A DNA stretch of 64,000 bases, taken from contig CAVSAC010000014.1 in NCBI GenBank assembly GCA_963725865.1, positions 256,001 to 320,000 on the forward strand, written 5' to 3'. The notes under the pieces are model-generated. The model worked only from the letters and a program-made list of their open reading frames with translations. It did no database searches and was not told the DNA's origin. Positions 9,846-18,625 of the stretch are shown piece after piece. Numbering within the stretch: the first letter of the stretch is position 1; every line of letters begins with the position of its first letter. Source of the DNA: Candidatus Eiseniibacteriota bacterium (GTDB taxonomy: Bacteria > Eisenbacteria > RBG-16-71-46). The position numbers and the translations under genes are program-made.

Positions 9846-10364
9846 TCAGGAGGCTCCGGCGCCGCTGCCGGCACTCGCCGACGAGCGCTGCGCCAGGCGA
9901 TGACGCCGCCGCTCCTGGGCACGCGCGTTCTCGGCGCGCTCGTCCTCGTTCTCGAGGAGCAGCGGAGGGACGCCGGTCGGCCGGCGGGTGGCGGGGTCGA
10001 GTGCGACGAAGGTGATGTAGGCGGTCGAGGTGTGGCGGCTCTCCCCCGTCAGCAGGTTCTCGGCCTCCACGTCCACCCGGATCTCCATGCTGCTGCGGTC
10101 GACCAGCGTGATGCGGGCCCGGATGTTCGCCAGTTCGCCGACCAGGATCGGGGCCCGGAAGGCCATCTCGTCGATGGCGGCGGTGACCACCGGTCGGCGG
10201 CTGTGACGGCTCGCGACCACCGCGGCGGCGAGGTCGATCCAATGCAGCACGGTGCCGCCCAGCACGCTGCCGTGCACGTTGGCCTCGTGCGGCAGCACCA
10301 GCTGGGCCATCTCGGTCGCGGAGTCGCGGACGCGACGTCCGGCGGTGGGGGTCTCCGGGGTCAC
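9846..10364 (-). CDS. Hotdog-fold acyl-CoA thioesterase
   Basis: VLPHEANVHGSVLGGTVLHWID, RSSMEIRV, YITFVALD. Confidence 0.92.
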   Translation of the reverse strand: MTPETPTAGRRVRDSATEMAQLVLPHEANVHGSVLGGTVLHWIDLAAAVVASRHSRRPVVTAAIDEMAFRAPILVGELANIRARITLVDRSSMEIRVDVEAENLLTGESRHTSTAYITFVALDPATRRPTGVPPLLLENEDERAENARAQERRRHRLAQRSSASAGSGAGAS

Positions 10365-10479
10365 GAGCGTTCGGATGCCTCCCGGTGCCCGAAGGCGTGG
10401 GGGAAACCAGACAGGGCCTGTCGAAGGCGCGGATTATAGGGGCGCGCGCGCGGGAGGCGCAATCGGCGCCTCAACGCCG

Positions 10480-10507
10480 ACGGCCGGGCCCCGCAGGGCC
10501 CGGCCGT
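10480..10507 (-). terminator. GC-rich hairpin downstream of the OB-fold/FlgD gene
   Basis: acggccgggccc-cgca-gggcccggccgt, a perfect 12-bp stem about 20 nt after the stop at 10526; weak U-tract. Confidence 0.55.
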
Positions 10508-10525
10508 GGCGTGTGCTGCGGAGGC

Positions 10526-12586
10526 TCAGTCCAGCTTGATGCTGCGAAGCGTGTGCGTCTCCGTCCCGACCTGCAGGCGGTAGAAGTACACGCCGCTGCC
10601 CACCGAGCGGCCGCCGTCATCGAGGCCGTTCCAGGTGCGCGAGTAGCGACCGGCATCCATCACGCCATTCGCCAGCGTCGCGATCTTGCGGCCCGCGAGG
10701 TCGAACACGCCCAGCGCGACGGTGTTGCGCACCGGCAGGCCGAACGACACGCGCGGCGTGCGCGCGGGGTTCGGGGCCACCGCGAACTCCACCTTGCGCG
10801 GCAGCTGGCTGTTCACGCCGGTCACGGGCGAGCCGTGGTCCACGATGTCCGCGTCGTTGCGCGGCTGCATGCGGAACGCGCCGAACGAGAACTGCACGAT
10901 GCCCGTCACGTCGATGACGTGATCGACCACCGGCAGGAAGGTGCGGGTGTTGTTGTTGGCGACGAAGAACGTGTCCGCCGGCGTGGTCAGGTCGACGACG
11001 CGGAAGTTGGCACCCGCGACGAACGCGGTGCCGCCGTTGTTGCCCACGATGCGGGCGTACGACACCTTCGCGATCGTACCTTCGACGTCCTCGCCGTTGA
11101 AGACGCTCTGCGTCGCGTCGCACGTGGTGTCGCGGATCGCGGAGCAGTCGATGTCGACCGGCGTCGGCAGCGCGACCGCGCCGTTGTCCACGATGTAGAC
11201 CGTGTTCACGAGCTCGGTCTCACCACTCGACGTCGATGGGAACTCCTGCAGGTTGCACACCACGAGGTAGTCGTGACCGATCACCAGCGGGACGCTCGGC
11301 GCGAAGATCGCGACGCCGCTGCGCGGGCCGCTGGCCGCATCCATCAGGGTGTAGAGGCTGCCCTGGATGCCGGCACACACGCCGCGCACCGAGAGGCGCG
11401 CGGTCAGGCCGTTGTTGCCGGCGAGGAAGTTCGCGACGTCCTTGCAGCCCGTCACGGCCACCAGCGAGTCGGCGTTCGGGCCCTGCACCAGCGCGACAGA
11501 CAGCACGCCGTTGGAGAAGTTGCGGCTCGCCTGCGAGGTCATCGACAGCCCGTTCGCCAGGCCGACGACGTTGTTCACGTTGATCTGCTCGGGATCGCCG
11601 TCGGCGAGCCCGTTGTTGATGTCGAGGAACACCGCGGACTGCCCGTCCATCGTCGCCGCGGTGATGCCGCCGCCCGAGCCGAGCGAGTAGTTCGCGAGGT
11701 TCGTGGCCGAGGCGGTCGTCACGTTGCGGTCGAACACCACGCGGACGCGCGTGTCGGTGACCGGATATGCGTCGTTCACCGACGGGGGCGTCGCGACCGA
11801 GATGTCGTTGCCGTCGCGCAGCTGGATGCGATAGCCGCGGGCGCGCTGATCGTAGACACCCTGCACCCAGTCGACGACGGTGAGCACGGCCGGCGGCGTG
11901 TAGGTCGCGAGCGTGTTGCCGTCCACGAACAGGGAGTCACAGAACGGTCCCGGGCAGGCCGGATCGACGAGGAGGAACGAGTTGTTGGTGCCGAGTCCGC
12001 CGGTGAGCGAGGTGCGCGCCACCTTGAGCGGCCCGTTGACGCGGACCAGCATGCCTTCCCACGGCTCGGCGGCCGTGTTGGTCGGCAGCTCCTGCAGTTC
12101 CGTCATGGTGCCGACGTGGATCGGCGGGAGCGGATGACCGGACGAGACGAAGCGCGAGATCAGGTCGGTCGCGGACGCGTTGTTCGGGAAGTTCGTCAAC
12201 TCGGTGCCGCCGCCGAACTCGGTGACGCGGCCGTAGCAGACCACGCTGTCACCGAGCTGATAGCCATACGGCGCCGGCGTGCCGGGACCGCGGAACCCGG
12301 CACCCGTGAACACGTCGATGCCGGTGTAGGGCGCGCCGCTCGAGGACTGGATGTAGAACGCGAATCCCGTCGGCTTCGGATCGAAACCCGTGATGATGCC
12401 GGAGATCCCCCAGATGGTGTCGCCATTGGCCGGGAACGGCACTGCGGCCGGGTCCTGGAGGTTGCTGATCGAGAGCGTGTCAGGGAACGCACCGCCCGGA
12501 CCGGGCGGATACTGGGAGGCGAACGCACTCGTGGCGAGAGCGAGCGCCGCCAGCACGACTACCGTGGTGACCAACTTCTTCGTCAT
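10526..12586 (-). CDS. Secreted protein with tandem OB-fold-like modules (ExeM/YhcR-type) and FlgD-Ig/T9SS-like C-terminal domain
   Basis: Signal peptide MTKKLVTTVVVLAALALATSAFA. Internally duplicated modules: GDSVVCYGRVTEFGGGTEL / GHDYLVVCNLQEF..GETEL; EPWEGMLVRV / EDVEGTIAKV; YRIQLRDGNDI / FRMQPRNDADI. Tail APNP..VFDLAGRKI..WNGLDDGGRSVGSGVYFYRL. Confidence 0.75.
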   Translation of the reverse strand: MTKKLVTTVVVLAALALATSAFASQYPPGPGGAFPDTLSISNLQDPAAVPFPANGDTIWGISGIITGFDPKPTGFAFYIQSSSGAPYTGIDVFTGAGFRGPGTPAPYGYQLGDSVVCYGRVTEFGGGTELTNFPNNASATDLISRFVSSGHPLPPIHVGTMTELQELPTNTAAEPWEGMLVRVNGPLKVARTSLTGGLGTNNSFLLVDPACPGPFCDSLFVDGNTLATYTPPAVLTVVDWVQGVYDQRARGYRIQLRDGNDISVATPPSVNDAYPVTDTRVRVVFDRNVTTASATNLANYSLGSGGGITAATMDGQSAVFLDINNGLADGDPEQINVNNVVGLANGLSMTSQASRNFSNGVLSVALVQGPNADSLVAVTGCKDVANFLAGNNGLTARLSVRGVCAGIQGSLYTLMDAASGPRSGVAIFAPSVPLVIGHDYLVVCNLQEFPSTSSGETELVNTVYIVDNGAVALPTPVDIDCSAIRDTTCDATQSVFNGEDVEGTIAKVSYARIVGNNGGTAFVAGANFRVVDLTTPADTFFVANNNTRTFLPVVDHVIDVTGIVQFSFGAFRMQPRNDADIVDHGSPVTGVNSQLPRKVEFAVAPNPARTPRVSFGLPVRNTVALGVFDLAGRKIATLANGVMDAGRYSRTWNGLDDGGRSVGSGVYFYRLQVGTETHTLRSIKLD

Positions 12587-12963
12587 GTGGATACCCCTTT
12601 TGGTTCGCAGGACGTCGAACTGAAGTTGTACTCGGGGTGGATCGAAGATCGGGCGTGAGCCTCCTTGCGCGGCCAGGCGCCGATGTCCGCGCCGCCAGTG
12701 ACAACTGGGGACGCTGCTGCTCAAATCAGTAAGCCATCAAGAGGATACCAAGATGGTGGCTAACCACCAACAGAATAAAGCGATGCGTGTTTCTGAAAGG
12801 TGACCGGCCGCCTTGCTGGAATCGTGCCGAGACAGCCCGCCAGACCCTCGAAGTATCCCTTCCAGAACCACGTATCCCGACGGGCGCTGCTGAAAGGCGC
12901 AGCGGCACTCGCGCCGCCGAGGAGCCCTCCGGGCGAGCGCGAAGGAACCCGGCGAGACCCGCC

Positions 12964-14454
12964 TCAGGGACTGACGCGCAGCTGGTTCTGCAGGATCCGC
13001 TGGAACACGCGCGCCGCCGCGCCCAGGCCGTCCGCCCGGTTCATCGGGAAGGTGATCGCCACCGCGCGCCCCTGGTTCGGGTGCGGCACCGAGATCGCCA
13101 CCGCCATGGGGAATGCGTTGTTCTCCGCCAGAGCGCCCGGCGCGGCCCAGAACAGCCCCTGGCTGGGATCCCGGAGCGCGAACGCCCGCAGGCCGCCGAC
13201 CAGCGAGGTGAAGCGCAGCGAATCCGCCACGACGTCCGTGGAGAGCGTGGTCCCGCCCACGCCCTGCGTGGTGCCCCACGCGGCCGTGGAGTCGGCCGCC
13301 GTGAAGAAGTGCTGGTAGAGGAAGTCGCTGCCGAGATGATCGCTGAGGAACTGCTGGCTCAGCGCTCCGTTCGCGATGCCCTGCGCGACCAGGTTGGTTC
13401 CCTCGAGCAGCAGTCGGCCGCCGCCGTCCAGGTAGGCCCCGAGTCCACTGGAATAGTTGGAGAGCAGCGCCACATCGCCTGCGGGAGTCTTGCTGGAGAA
13501 CGTGCGGGTCTGGCTGCCCCGGTACCACATCACCGCCTGGAACAGCTTGCAGGTCTGTTCCAGGTCCTTCGCGGAGCGGAACGGCTGGCTGGTCTCGAGC
13601 CGCAGCGTCGAGTAGGTGCCCGCGGGCAGGTTGATGCGGATGTTGTTGCCGTAGAAGTTGTCGGTCGTGATCGCGCCGGCCTCGTCGTTCGGCATGTCGT
13701 CGATGATGAGGAGTCGCGCCTCGGTGCCCCGGACCGGCTTCCGCACCCGCCAGGACGCGAGGGACACCGGACCGGCGAGACCTCCATCGTCGATCGGCTG
13801 CACGTAGACGATGCGCGGAACGATCGTGTCGGTCGGCGCGCCGGTGGCGGAGTCCCCCTGCGTGAAGTCCGCCGACGGGATGGTGAAGTCGGTCGTCCCC
13901 GCGGGTAGCAGCCGCACGTTCGCCGAGTTGCCGTTCAGCCACAGCCGGTAGGTCATCTTCGACGCGTCGCCGTCGGGATCGATCGGCGTCCATCGCAGCG
14001 TCAGCGTGTAGAAGGTCACGTCGCTGGGGACCGGAGCGATCGTGAACTGGAGCCGCGGCGGCAGATTGCTGAACGTGAAGTCCTCGACCGCGGGCGTCTC
14101 GTCGCGCTGCTGGGCATTGTCGATCGCCCGCACCTCGAACCGGGGCCGGATCGCGGTGGTGTCCCCCGTGAAGACCGTGAAGATCGAGTCCGTTCGGGTG
14201 GTGAACACCCACCCGGTGTCGGCGGGCGCCTGCGGATTGTGGAAGCGGATCTCGAACCCGACCACGTCCCCGTCCGGGTCGCTGCCGAACCAGTAGAGAT
14301 GGACGATGTGGTTGACGGTGTCAACCGGACCCTGGACGAACAGGGTCGTCTCGGGCGGGAGATTCGGTCGCAGCACCCCCTTCGGCGAACAGCCGCCGGC
14401 GAGGGTGGCGAGGGCGAGCGCTCCTGCGAGCGCCAGTCGGGACGAGCGACGCAT
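12964..14454 (-). CDS. Putative lipoprotein with FnIII/Ig-like modules
   Basis: MRRSSRLALAGALALATLAGG-C lipobox; repeats WFGSDPDGDV / WTPIDPDGD and VRAIDN / VQPIDD. The ORF track start at 15921 is spurious. Confidence 0.75.
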   Translation of the reverse strand: MRRSSRLALAGALALATLAGGCSPKGVLRPNLPPETTLFVQGPVDTVNHIVHLYWFGSDPDGDVVGFEIRFHNPQAPADTGWVFTTRTDSIFTVFTGDTTAIRPRFEVRAIDNAQQRDETPAVEDFTFSNLPPRLQFTIAPVPSDVTFYTLTLRWTPIDPDGDASKMTYRLWLNGNSANVRLLPAGTTDFTIPSADFTQGDSATGAPTDTIVPRIVYVQPIDDGGLAGPVSLASWRVRKPVRGTEARLLIIDDMPNDEAGAITTDNFYGNNIRINLPAGTYSTLRLETSQPFRSAKDLEQTCKLFQAVMWYRGSQTRTFSSKTPAGDVALLSNYSSGLGAYLDGGGRLLLEGTNLVAQGIANGALSQQFLSDHLGSDFLYQHFFTAADSTAAWGTTQGVGGTTLSTDVVADSLRFTSLVGGLRAFALRDPSQGLFWAAPGALAENNAFPMAVAISVPHPNQGRAVAITFPMNRADGLGAAARVFQRILQNQLRVSP

Positions 14455-14456
14455 GG

Positions 14457-16472
14457 CTAGAAGTTCTCCCGGTCCGACTTCACGATCAGGAACTTGCCCA
14501 CCGAGCGCTTGCCGCCGCTCTTGTCCTCGACCGAGTACATGTAGAGCCCGGTCGCGGCCGCCTGTCCTTCGCGCGTGATCATGTCCCAGCCGAACATGCG
14601 GCCGGACAGCGTCGGAGCGGGGACGTCGAGCTCGCGCTTGGGATCGTAGATCCCGCGCGTGCCCTGGCCGGTGTAGGTGGCGCCGTCGAAGTCGGTATCG
14701 AAGACGAGGTCGCCCGAGAGCGTGTAGATGCGGATCTTGCACCGCTCGGGCAGGTTGGCGAACCAGAGGTAGTGATCGCGCACCAACTGGCCGCGATCCC
14801 AGCGCGCTTCCACGCGGTACGGGTTCGGGAACACGGTCACGCCCTGTCCCGCGTTCTCGCCGCTCGCCGGCGCGGGGATGGCGAGCGTCTTGTTCTGGGA
14901 CAGGCCGCTTTCGAGGGACTCGATCTCGGTGCTGCCGATGTCGTACGAGGTCACCGCGCAGAAGTACTTGAAGCCGTTGCGCAACGACGCGAGCGTGTAC
15001 TTGTACTGGTACGTCTGACCGTCGATATCGACCGGGGGCACGAGCCGCACGGCCGTCAATCCGGTGTTGAAGCCGGTCGTGTCGTGGGCGCCCCCCGCGA
15101 GGTCGAACTGGGCGATCCGCCGGAGGTCGAGCCGGTCCTCGCCGACGTAGATGCGGTAGCCCTCGAAATCCTGGCCGAGCGGGCTGGTCGGGTCCACGGT
15201 CTGCTCGGGCGTGTCCTCCCAGTACAGGTCGAGCGCGCCCTCGCGCGGCACCACCTTGAGCCGCGGCGACGGCGGCGGGACCGGCACGATGTAGTCGCGG
15301 TCGTACGCTCGCTGAGCGAAGAGGGTGCGCGTACGGATGTCGGCGACCTCGGGCCCGCCCACGATCGCGAAGTCGACCTGGATGGAGTCCCCCGGCAACA
15401 GCAGCGGGAACGGGCCGGTCGCCTGGAGCGAGACCGGATCGCCCGACTGCGGCTGCAGGCTGTCTCCCACCAGCGGCTGGATCACGCCGGCACTCATGAG
15501 CGCGTAGCGCTCGACGTCCTCGTCGCGCAGCGTGCTGCCCGGTGCGTACGCCCACGCGGCGAGCGTCATCTTCTTGCTGGTGGTGTCGGAGATGCTCCCG
15601 GGACGCACGCCGAGGAACGCGAGCCCGATCCAGTACGGGACGTTTCCGAGCTGGCAGCCGCCGGTGATCGGGAGCTGGAAGCAGAAGTGCTCCCGCAGCA
15701 GCCGCTGCGGCTCGTCGTACTCCAGCCACTTCTTGCTGAACCACGAGCCCGGCCCCGCGGTGCTGCTCGGCGGCCATACGCTGTAGGCGTTCTTGTTGCC
15801 GCTCGCGAACTCGTTGTAGGCGCCGACCCACACATTCGTCAGCGGCGGCCCCTGGTTGATGATGACATAGTGGTAGAAGAGGATGTGCGCGTACTCGGAG
15901 AAGGACCACGCGTAGTTCCACTGCGTCACCAGCAGCTTCATCGGCCGGTGGTCCTCACCGGTCCCGATCGCGCGCTTGGCCGGCTGGTCGCTGAACGCCG
16001 AGTGCAGGTCCATCTCGCTGATGGAGGCGGGGTCGAAGAACTTGCTGTTCTCGAGCTTCGAGCGGATGTCGATGGCATTGCCCGCCGGCGTGAACTCGGT
16101 GGCGGCGGTGGTGGACTGGCCGGTCGCGCCGTCCACGGTGCCCGACACCACGCCGATGAAGGCGCCGTTGTCGTCGATGGCGTGCGCCCCGATCCAGAGG
16201 CCGCCGCGCACCAGGTGCTCGAAGCCGGTGCCGAGCGGGTACTCGAGCGACGGCGAGCGCGAGGCGAAGTTGTTCCCCCAGAACCCGTAGTTGGTCACGG
16301 TCATGCCGACCAGATTGCCGTTGGTCGCGAAGCTGCGATAGATGATCGAATCCGCCTGCGCGGCCGCGACGCGCGCCGGAGCGACGGCCTCGGCGGCGGC
16401 GTGGTCGAGATCCGCGGCCGCCACCGGGACCGCCCAGAGGGCGAGCGCGAGGATCGCGAGGCAGGTGCGCAT
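14457..16472 (-). CDS. Secreted protein (paralogue 1) with T9SS-like C-terminal domain, TonB-receptor/PorV-associated
   Basis: Signal peptide; TNYGFWGNNF..SLEYPLGTG; DFEGYRIY; VTVFPNPY..IRIYTLSGDLV..WDMITREGQAAATGLY..GKFLIVK. Confidence 0.8.
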   Translation of the reverse strand: MRTCLAILALALWAVPVAAADLDHAAAEAVAPARVAAAQADSIIYRSFATNGNLVGMTVTNYGFWGNNFASRSPSLEYPLGTGFEHLVRGGLWIGAHAIDDNGAFIGVVSGTVDGATGQSTTAATEFTPAGNAIDIRSKLENSKFFDPASISEMDLHSAFSDQPAKRAIGTGEDHRPMKLLVTQWNYAWSFSEYAHILFYHYVIINQGPPLTNVWVGAYNEFASGNKNAYSVWPPSSTAGPGSWFSKKWLEYDEPQRLLREHFCFQLPITGGCQLGNVPYWIGLAFLGVRPGSISDTTSKKMTLAAWAYAPGSTLRDEDVERYALMSAGVIQPLVGDSLQPQSGDPVSLQATGPFPLLLPGDSIQVDFAIVGGPEVADIRTRTLFAQRAYDRDYIVPVPPPSPRLKVVPREGALDLYWEDTPEQTVDPTSPLGQDFEGYRIYVGEDRLDLRRIAQFDLAGGAHDTTGFNTGLTAVRLVPPVDIDGQTYQYKYTLASLRNGFKYFCAVTSYDIGSTEIESLESGLSQNKTLAIPAPASGENAGQGVTVFPNPYRVEARWDRGQLVRDHYLWFANLPERCKIRIYTLSGDLVFDTDFDGATYTGQGTRGIYDPKRELDVPAPTLSGRMFGWDMITREGQAAATGLYMYSVEDKSGGKRSVGKFLIVKSDRENF

Positions 16473-17615
16473 CTACTTGCGCCTCTTGAAGCGGATCACC
16501 TCGTTGCGACCGCGATCGGCGACGTAGGCCAGCGTGTCGTCCGCCGCCACCGCCACCGGGTCGACCACGTGCACCTGCTGGTCGTTCGGCTCCAGGTCCA
16601 CGCGCTGGACGTACGACTTGTCGACGTCGAACCGGAGCACGCGCTGGTTGCCCTCGTCCACCACGTAGGTGAATCCCTGCAGGTCCGAGTAGACGTCCAG
16701 CGGTTTCTCGATCGGGAGGTCCTCGGCCGATGCCATCGCGGGGGCATCCCCCCCGTCGGAATTCACGTCGGAGAATCGCTGGGCGTAGTTGCGGCCGTAC
16801 ACCGCGCAGTAGAGCGCACCGCCGGCGTACGGACTCCAGTGCAGCCCGCGCGGGTCCACCACGTTACCGAAGCCGGTGCCCTGGTCGATCAGCCACGTCA
16901 GATCGCGGTGCCACGCGCAGCCCGGCATGTTCGGATCGCCCGCGGCGCCGCGTAGGTAGCGATAGACCACCGAGACGAACTTGCGCGTCCGCAGGCGCGG
17001 ATTGTCCTGGTCGGGCTCCAGGACGACCGCTGTGCCCGAGACGTACACGCGGCCCTGCACGTCGGCCGCGACGCCCGCGACGAACGCCATCGAGGTGTCG
17101 GTGAACGTGCTGATGGTGTCGCCGCCGAGCAGCCCGAACTCGCGCACCCTCCAGAACGCCGACAGGTTGCTGATGCGCCGCTGACCCGCGATCGAGTCGG
17201 GATCGCACACCGTCGGCGTCGCGGGATCGGCGCGTGCGAGGCACGTGTCACCCTGGTCGAGGATGAAGATGCTGCTGCCGCCGGCGCACAGCGCGACCGG
17301 GTTGAACAGGGTCGGGAAGTCGATCCCGGGGATCGGCGTGGGCCGCGACAGTGGATAGGCCTTCACCTCGCCGCGCGAGGCGAAGCCGGCGCCCGGTCCG
17401 TAGTTGAACAGCAGGAACAGCTGCGAGCCCGTCTGCGTGAGCAGGATGTCGTTGATTCCGACCATCCCGGTCCAGGTCTGGAGCATCTGGTAGGACTTGT
17501 CGCTCGGGATCGGCGGCTTCTTGTTCTCCGTCGGCAGCCTGTAGGCGGTGCCGCAGCCGGCGAGCGTGCCCGCGAGCAGCAGGCCACCGGCGAGGATGCG
17601 AAGGGCGGCGCGCAT
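16473..17615 (-). CDS. Lipoprotein with NHL-like beta-propeller repeats
   Basis: Lipobox LAG-C; repeats NPVALC, DPRGL, KPLDV..YVVDEGNQRV, DPVAVA..YVADRGRNEVIRF. Confidence 0.75.
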   Translation of the reverse strand: MRAALRILAGGLLLAGTLAGCGTAYRLPTENKKPPIPSDKSYQMLQTWTGMVGINDILLTQTGSQLFLLFNYGPGAGFASRGEVKAYPLSRPTPIPGIDFPTLFNPVALCAGGSSIFILDQGDTCLARADPATPTVCDPDSIAGQRRISNLSAFWRVREFGLLGGDTISTFTDTSMAFVAGVAADVQGRVYVSGTAVVLEPDQDNPRLRTRKFVSVVYRYLRGAAGDPNMPGCAWHRDLTWLIDQGTGFGNVVDPRGLHWSPYAGGALYCAVYGRNYAQRFSDVNSDGGDAPAMASAEDLPIEKPLDVYSDLQGFTYVVDEGNQRVLRFDVDKSYVQRVDLEPNDQQVHVVDPVAVAADDTLAYVADRGRNEVIRFKRRK

Positions 17616-18625
17616 CAGAATCGGACTCCCAGCGTCACGCGGTGGACCGCGCCGAGCGCGCCACCGTCGGTATAGGCGTAGTCGAGATTGCCGTTCAGGG
17701 ATCCGATGCCGCCGGCGAACCCGGCACCCGTGGACAGCTTGAGGGCATCGGCGTTGAAGTTGTACCCGCCCCGCAGCGCAAACATGCGCTTCCAGCCCCA
17801 CTCCATCCCGCTCTTGACGATCTGCTGGTTGTCGGCCGGCTGGTCGATCTCGAGCGAGTAGGTCAGGCGCTGGTCGGCGCGCTCGATCGCCTCGAACGCG
17901 AGCCCGTAGCGGAACATGGTCGGCGAGTCGAACCCGTCGTAGGAGCGGCGCTCGCCGGTGTAGGGCGAGACGTAGGTGCCCGACGGCTTCAGCTGGCTGC
18001 CGAAGTTCGAGAGCGAAGTCGCGATGCGCACGCTGCCGTACCCGAGGTAGTAGATCGACCCGATGTCGAACATCGCGGCGCTCGTGGTCGGACCCCCGAC
18101 GTCCGAGCCCAGGTCCTCGTGCAGCATCTTGACGCCGAAGCCGACCAGCAGCTTGTCGGTCCAGCGCCGTGCGTAGGCGACGCCCGCGATGGCGTCGGAG
18201 TAGTAGAACGAGCGCCCGGTGCCGAATGGCTGCAACTCGCTGGTCTCGTCGATCTGGGTCGACAGCACCCCGAACTGGAGGGCCAGCGATCCACCCAACC
18301 GGCGCACCGGCATCACGTACGCGATGTGCTCGAAGCGGATGTCGGCCGGCCACTCGACGTGCGAGATCGCGATCTCCTGGCGCTGCATCGAGGCGAGCCC
18401 GGCGGGATTCCAGTACACGGCGGTCGGATCGTTGGCGACCGCGACGAACGACTCGCCGAGCGCGGTCGCCCGCGCGCCGACGGCGATCTTGAGGAACGTG
18501 CCCGACGAGGTGCCGGCGCGCTGCTGGCCGAGCGTGAACTGCGCGCGCGCGGGCACGACGACGCACGCTCCGGCGACCAGCGCGAGGCTCAGCGCGACCC
18601 GGGCCCGCTGGCTAGAAGTCCACAT
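17615..18625 (-). CDS. PorV/PorQ-family outer-membrane beta-barrel
   Basis: GTSSGTFLKIAVGARATALGESFVAVANDPTAVYWNPAGLA; ALRGGY; DYAY..LGAVHRVTLGVRF (terminal Phe). Confidence 0.9.
   Translation of the reverse strand: MWTSSQRARVALSLALVAGACVVVPARAQFTLGQQRAGTSSGTFLKIAVGARATALGESFVAVANDPTAVYWNPAGLASMQRQEIAISHVEWPADIRFEHIAYVMPVRRLGGSLALQFGVLSTQIDETSELQPFGTGRSFYYSDAIAGVAYARRWTDKLLVGFGVKMLHEDLGSDVGGPTTSAAMFDIGSIYYLGYGSVRIATSLSNFGSQLKPSGTYVSPYTGERRSYDGFDSPTMFRYGLAFEAIERADQRLTYSLEIDQPADNQQIVKSGMEWGWKRMFALRGGYNFNADALKLSTGAGFAGGIGSLNGNLDYAYTDGGALGAVHRVTLGVRF

Noticed and set aside
12730..12760. Possible sigma-54 promoter (TGGTATCCTCTTGA, minus strand)
   Set aside because: The spacing is one base short and the -12 GC is missing.
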